A DNA stretch of 64,000 nt, from assembly GCA_002070185.1 (NCBI GenBank), contig MWCT01000001.1:267110-331109 (forward strand). Reading direction: 5' to 3'. The notes beneath the pieces are model-generated. The model was not told the DNA's origin. It saw nothing but the letters and a program-made list of their open reading frames with translations, and did not search any database. Within the stretch, counting starts at the first letter, position 1. Each line of letters opens with the position of its first letter. This document shows positions 62,101 to 64,000 of the stretch, piece by piece. The translations under genes and the position numbers were made by a program. Source of the DNA: a candidate division BRC1 bacterium ADurb.Bin183. Its GTDB lineage: Bacteria; Sumerlaeota; Sumerlaeia; MWCT01.

Positions 62101-62831
62101 ATGGGACGTATTATTTTTATCTGCGTTATTCCGCGGGCGATATAACGGGGCTCATTGACCACGAAAAACCCATGACTCCGATAAAAGGTTATGAGTATGG
62201 CGACAACCCCACATTCACCTATCCCTCGCGCTTCCATGCTCTTGAAGACCGCCCCTTCTATCTTTCATACACCATGAATGAGTTTTCCGATGTGTTCTCC
62301 TTTATCAGCGATGTAGGCGCACGCAATCCCATTGACCCGTGGGTTGCGCCGCTTTCCATAAAGGAGGCGCGCCCTGCCGGTAATTATATTGATATCTGGG
62401 ACGGCACAAACGGACGAAAAAGATTCATTCCGACCCTATCTGAAGCAGCCGTTATCGGCGTCTGGTCATGGAAGCTTCCGGATAATGCCGTCCTTCTTTC
62501 GATGCGCCCGCAAATCTCCGGCGTCACCAAAGACCCCGATTATCTTTACCCTCTGCCCAGCCCCTATAAAGATACGGATGGATTGACCATACAATATACA
62601 ATCTCGTGCCCTGCGTATGTCCAGATTGATATCGAGTCGGATGACGGCGCGCTTGTGAAACGCATAGAGCAGACGCACGATACCGCCGGAGCAAAAAGCG
62701 CATTTTGGGACGGGTTTAATACAGATGGGACGCCGCCATTGCCCGGTGTCTATAAAATTCATTTATCAGCGCTCGATAGCTACGGCAATGAGTCGCTGCA
62801 TGTTTATGATCTCTTCAGGATTCAGTATTAG
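53133..62831 (+). CDS. Giant secreted multidomain surface protein (3232 aa): dockerin-like N-terminus, NHL-type beta-propellers, ~13 PKD domains, two discoidin (F5/8 type C)-like domains, a lectin-like domain and C-terminal FlgD-Ig-like domains
   Basis: ATG at 53133 with GAGGGGA RBS and signal peptide MKTKLFLSVYMLFFCALFLSVYA. Ca-binding-loop-like DIDQTDRVDGKD...DLDYSGLIDEEDY; NHL blades (DGSCWVAD..N.VVKL); recurrent YEWDFDGDG PKD cores; KLIDGSLATNNYW and NIIDGLAENSKGWRS discoidin-type starts. Confidence 0.8.
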   Translation: MKTKLFLSVYMLFFCALFLSVYALPPDIDQTDRVDGKDLIRFSRAWQKKTGEEGWNERADLDYSGLIDEEDYKILQLYFGLQGRVRRVWISQGTPNTIMRFADDGELIGSFSGAGNPRLFALFPGDGSLWSLNTSQGKLFHYDSNGRLLSTVSGFNTPAALSVNEKTGQCWVANTVRKNVVLISPDVPADYNIASQTGFHKTIGGFNEPVSVSVDSTDGSCWVADAKVSQIIKLDANGDKELLRIGGFPNASLVIVNPVDGAVWVETNDYFIRQTVKCLTSGVRIKAFDSGALLCVSRNDGSVLVQGTTYSEVCRISANGEEIFRVGGFGWIIAAFADPVSGCFWLLDQEKNEVVKLSAGGATLLRIGGVFGQLSSGAIDDGEPTFSSYPRAAVQASPLKGGVPLKVFFAAQIENAGGAILNYQWDFDGDGLFDWMSQTTGDVSHTYETPGIYNPIFRAVNEKGLAAVNTSLLITAGEPEIRLDASPASGAAPLKIALNTILLNIPRTAVHAILYDLDGDGNFDALYEGKDILKGLSVSHTYRKIGDFYPMAKVVLQEGGEVCASATVEVHSPAPTVKASAKPAQGYMPLSVELSAQAKDDDGSVVLYEWDFDNDGIFDWRSTTQSNVLNVYRQKGNFTALVRVTDNDGLQASDVVPIRVLNKPPDVTADAEPRKGNVPLLVNLKGQATDADGSVVLYEWSPKGDGNFIWQSPSAGLTSYTYTEPGIYHATFRATDDEGSSATKTVAIEVRNAGKPFALPDAAPRSGAAPLNVNFTAAGSDDDGSIVLYEWFFELPYERLDQLWKRPLADDYSSPDSYCGIAYNKATGHLIFASNGGKNFPAGFYIIDPATGRTIGKLSENGVSFMSLSSAPRRKAIGIAPSGKIFHQDGNGDIVMWANEGAKPVVVYDDTENDEFSHTIDVIEPAGVVYVYTCRYATKEIKIFRLDGALLTHVNTVSCSPAGNTVGTGIAVSADGKTLYTSYKSLVLSKWVSPTGPLGTYTRDATFAPTQTAPESIALGYAESFPEKPTALLGTLHDSPADKIFFFDAAGVESRSPALIEGAGYRSYASDIDVDWENRRIFYGFGVNGIGCIHFSPGAYWSSPTPGTIAHQYNVWGVYHPMLRVRDNSGFTDETALEINVLSPPSAKIIFPENNVISYRNNLIFRGSGEDKDGQIVKYEWDFDGDGTWDWASDKEENATWADADFAEHNAFFRVTDSDGLQDTVSTHYKIVSSAPKVAAQAEPARGNVPVTVTFNGTATDADGWILDYMWDFDGDGIFDWFNGEPRGAVIACTSESPNSKADKLIDGSLATNNYWLSAANPAFPIDITFKLKGDTSQQIDRIILSTKNPISANYRVKDFEAHITDEETAENFVPWIRGTMNSVAEEQTFTSITLSAKYVKLRILSVEKGTSYASLGEFEVYAGKRNVLTNPGAKATYIFNTPGIYNAELRVIDNDGFAGSDVIPIQVNASNSPAASIIAMEPSPGWRTEPILFMGIGEDANGQVVKYEWDLEGDGTYDLEQTKSGSVVSWTSQYNTTTYAAKNIIDGLAENSKGWRSNSVNFPQELVMQLADAEGGSPVNLACVAINVAIGNPNNNCAKDFTVSVSSTAADSGFSDVGSFQAMRSKGYQIFTFAPAPARWLKISVTSNYGGGFVEIAEICAAGKPPARNQLAPGGAFAQYNFSGNYKPTFRVTDNDGLMDWASQKLVINSESQKLGSVWVAVTGAHTVKRLSPMGDELWSFESLRFPWSVAANVNTKDCWIANTQGHNVVKLDPQGAEKLRIAGYNNLKKVEVNPVNGVCWVSDTSNHQVVRLSADGTQEARISGFSGPTGLSVYQADGSCWVADVYNNGRVVKLAANTPDGYDISTQTGFHIFRTGFREPQALAVNQMDGTCVVADNKNNQVVLLNEEASEEIWRISGIGSPIGISVNPRDGNIWVADQSSHRVVRLAPDGNEVFRVSGFNHPGAISVNNLDGTCWVADTDNNRVVKLAPNGNIILTQTGNTQPRGIYVDSGEGAFNPAPTFKAIAGASALEGAVPLVVSFTAASQGGGNIIRYEWDFEGDGVFDYSSPATGDVEHVYEDFGIFNAVLRITDENHQVAYDYHLILKAQGIRATAIAIPTEGFAPLSVVFSHAGFSQNPITKYEWDFNGDGKIDRQTSDAAAKLTYTYNRAGTWTAFLTVTDSAGKTAQTAVVLNIAPNPPDVHNALVSTRIVLGRTLVSFDATRAFDYDGSIVLYEWDYDGDGIYDWHSKTPLIAEYVYPAPGIYRPIFRATDNDGLSSTKQFELTIPNSAPVAKANAEPAIGRAPLTVQFSGDCADYDGSIALYEWDFNGDEIYDWSSNLTATVSHSYNTPAEYTATLRVTDNLGATATSSVPISVKNTNDPIVALNGAPLEGVFPLLVNFNAVPQNPANPIVRYEWDFGEAKWTEADGYLRQMLWLGAFKATGGNDVTSHMPDIEKGNPSDKDTFAGRVWSKTNSSSSGIFNLVPKFGGKKNFAYSLVYLYSKEAQRVRFSYGAKDSARFWINESLVETRVFSGSFAFDQFQFEADLKAGWNKVLVAVSHETSSWAFACRITDLANAPIRFLHSVVEPYSASPFVQNGAATASFGYRHPGVYNVKVTAYDSAAKQASAELSVRVLNNPIPVALPRVHPLSGPAPLSCRFETNAKVSTGVIYYYTWDLGDGRTFDDCGNIPRNFSHTYYFPGVYRATLFVKDDAGIIGQGSVDITVFDAEKITAEIEASPISGKAPLDVQFIGRVKSISGMVRLFEWDFNGDGIYDLNGPDAAEPLFKFTTPGQYTVKLRVTDDRGNKATAEKTIYAGVSAGPQIQITANPESGAASCIIAFEADVKPGDNSDINIEWDFDGNGTYDEITSLGADGKSATSHIYTLPGLYNVRARAKDGLGRIGETALSLPIAFSINAWRSAEVLSPLLNQTMSVQSVIGSPARITVWIENAKGEVVKYLAQDADRAAGYYSDVWDGCDSGGNYAPHGTYYFYLRYSAGDITGLIDHEKPMTPIKGYEYGDNPTFTYPSRFHALEDRPFYLSYTMNEFSDVFSFISDVGARNPIDPWVAPLSIKEARPAGNYIDIWDGTNGRKRFIPTLSEAAVIGVWSWKLPDNAVLLSMRPQISGVTKDPDYLYPLPSPYKDTDGLTIQYTISCPAYVQIDIESDDGALVKRIEQTHDTAGAKSAFWDGFNTDGTPPLPGVYKIHLSALDSYGNESLHVYDLFRIQY

Positions 62832-62858
62832 GAGAAACCGCCTAAAAGGAGGCATTCG

Positions 62859-64000
62859 ATGATTCGTTGGAGTTTTTATCAAGCGCTATGTGCGGCGATG
62901 GCGGTCTTGTTGTTGCTTGCCATCGCGCCGCGCGCATTTTCCGTGGACCATCCGTGGGACACTTGGCATGTCTATTTCCCGAGCGTACCGGATATTCCCG
63001 AGCCGGATAACGACAGGGATGATGACAAGCAAGAGGATGCCGACCCTATTCTTTCGGCGGAGGGCAATTATGTTTATCCCCACACAGATTTGTGGATAAA
63101 AGGACGCAATCCCGCGCTCAAAATTCGCCGTGTCTATGACTCTATGTATGCCTGGTATTTGGGACCCTTTGGCTATGGATGGAGTTTTATCTACGACATC
63201 ACATTCACCAAAGTTTACCGACCTATGATGGCGGGCGGCGGCAGAGCGGCAGAGGAGTCGGATAAACAGCCGGATACAAAAACAGCCTCTTTCTGGGGCG
63301 GGCTGGGCGGTGTCATCATACGTATGCCGGAGGGCAAATCTATCTTTTTCAAATGGAATGGCGGCGTCTTCGAACCTCCTGCGGGCTCCAAATACACCCT
63401 CGACAACGAACTGGTTCTTAAACACAAGGATGGAATTTATTACAAATTTCAGGGCAGCGATGATGTTCGCAAGGTCAGCTTCATCGGCAACGCCTATGGC
63501 GAGGCTTTGACGCTCACCTATGACAACAGCGGAAAACTGATAAAAGTTGCCGACCGTTTCAACCGCTTTATCAACATCTCCTATAATCTGAATAATAAAA
63601 TTTCCTCCGTCACGGATTTCACCGGACGCTCCTGCTCTTATGACTATGATGATGAGGGCAACCTTATCGCCTACACCAATCCCTGCGGCTATAAAACGTT
63701 CTATGCCTATAACGCCGAGCATAGAATAATCAGCGTCTCCAACCAATCCGGACAGGTCTGGCTCTCCAATACATACAATCAGTGGGGCAAGGTCATCCAG
63801 CAAATCCACCTCGGCGGTGTTTACACCTTTGAATATGATACCATGAACAAACGGACAACCGTCACGTATCCCAACGGCGGACAGTGGATAAAAAAATGGG
63901 ATGATTCCCGGCGCAATGTGGAAAGCACAGACCCGTATGGTTTCAAGACAATTCGGGAGTGGGATGATTTTTCCAATGCCGCAATTATCACAAATAAAAG
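62859..64000 (+). CDS. RHS/YD-repeat protein, 5' part (runs off the window end)
   Basis: Not in the supplied track because it has no stop in the window. ATG at 62859 follows AAAGGAGG. Hand translation gives MIRWSFYQALCAAMAVLLLLAIAPRAFS then YD-repeat units (YDYDDEGNLIAYTNPCGYKTFYAYNAEHRIISV, YTFEYDTMNKRTTVTYPNGG), open to nt 64000. Confidence 0.65.
   Translation, partial: MIRWSFYQALCAAMAVLLLLAIAPRAFSVDHPWDTWHVYFPSVPDIPEPDNDRDDDKQEDADPILSAEGNYVYPHTDLWIKGRNPALKIRRVYDSMYAWYLGPFGYGWSFIYDITFTKVYRPMMAGGGRAAEESDKQPDTKTASFWGGLGGVIIRMPEGKSIFFKWNGGVFEPPAGSKYTLDNELVLKHKDGIYYKFQGSDDVRKVSFIGNAYGEALTLTYDNSGKLIKVADRFNRFINISYNLNNKISSVTDFTGRSCSYDYDDEGNLIAYTNPCGYKTFYAYNAEHRIISVSNQSGQVWLSNTYNQWGKVIQQIHLGGVYTFEYDTMNKRTTVTYPNGGQWIKKWDDSRRNVESTDPYGFKTIREWDDFSNAAIITNK

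Noticed and set aside
62886-63809. 307-aa minus-strand ORF listed in the track
   Set aside because: The plus strand here carries an open frame from ATG 62859, with an AAAGGAGG RBS, encoding clear YD/RHS repeats. The minus-strand ORF is its antisense shadow.

Overview
This 64 kb window reads as bacterial chromosomal DNA, fairly GC-rich and densely coding, with about 37 protein-coding genes and no rRNA, tRNA, CRISPR array, transposase or integrase that I could recognise by eye. All calls rest on reading the six-frame translations for motifs; no searches or computations were run, so domain names are recognition-based, GC statements are qualitative and start codons are approximate. Housekeeping anchors are thrS, obg, argC, argJ, a sigma-54 two-component pair and a NupC-type transporter. 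Much of the rest encodes secreted or membrane proteins: two GT39/PMT-like glycosyltransferases, a CE4-like deacetylase, a sialate O-acetylesterase, an S8 protease, a tandem-duplicated beta-helix protein, a 3232-aa PKD/NHL/discoidin protein and a 3'-truncated RHS/YD-repeat gene. The most notable observations are: (1) a same-strand cluster from 47209 to the window end with a possible cohesin-like/dockerin-like pair, an ABC binding protein and permease with no ATPase, the giant protein and the RHS gene; (2) a PurE-TsaC/YrdC fusion; (3) a 35-nt imperfect direct repeat pair bracketing a visibly more AT-rich 4.4 kb segment; (4) a PP2C phosphatase / STAS-TPR partner-switching operon that also contains a 57-aa Trm112-like ORF missing from the supplied track. 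I cannot show that any of these is a previously undescribed system; they are the candidates worth testing.
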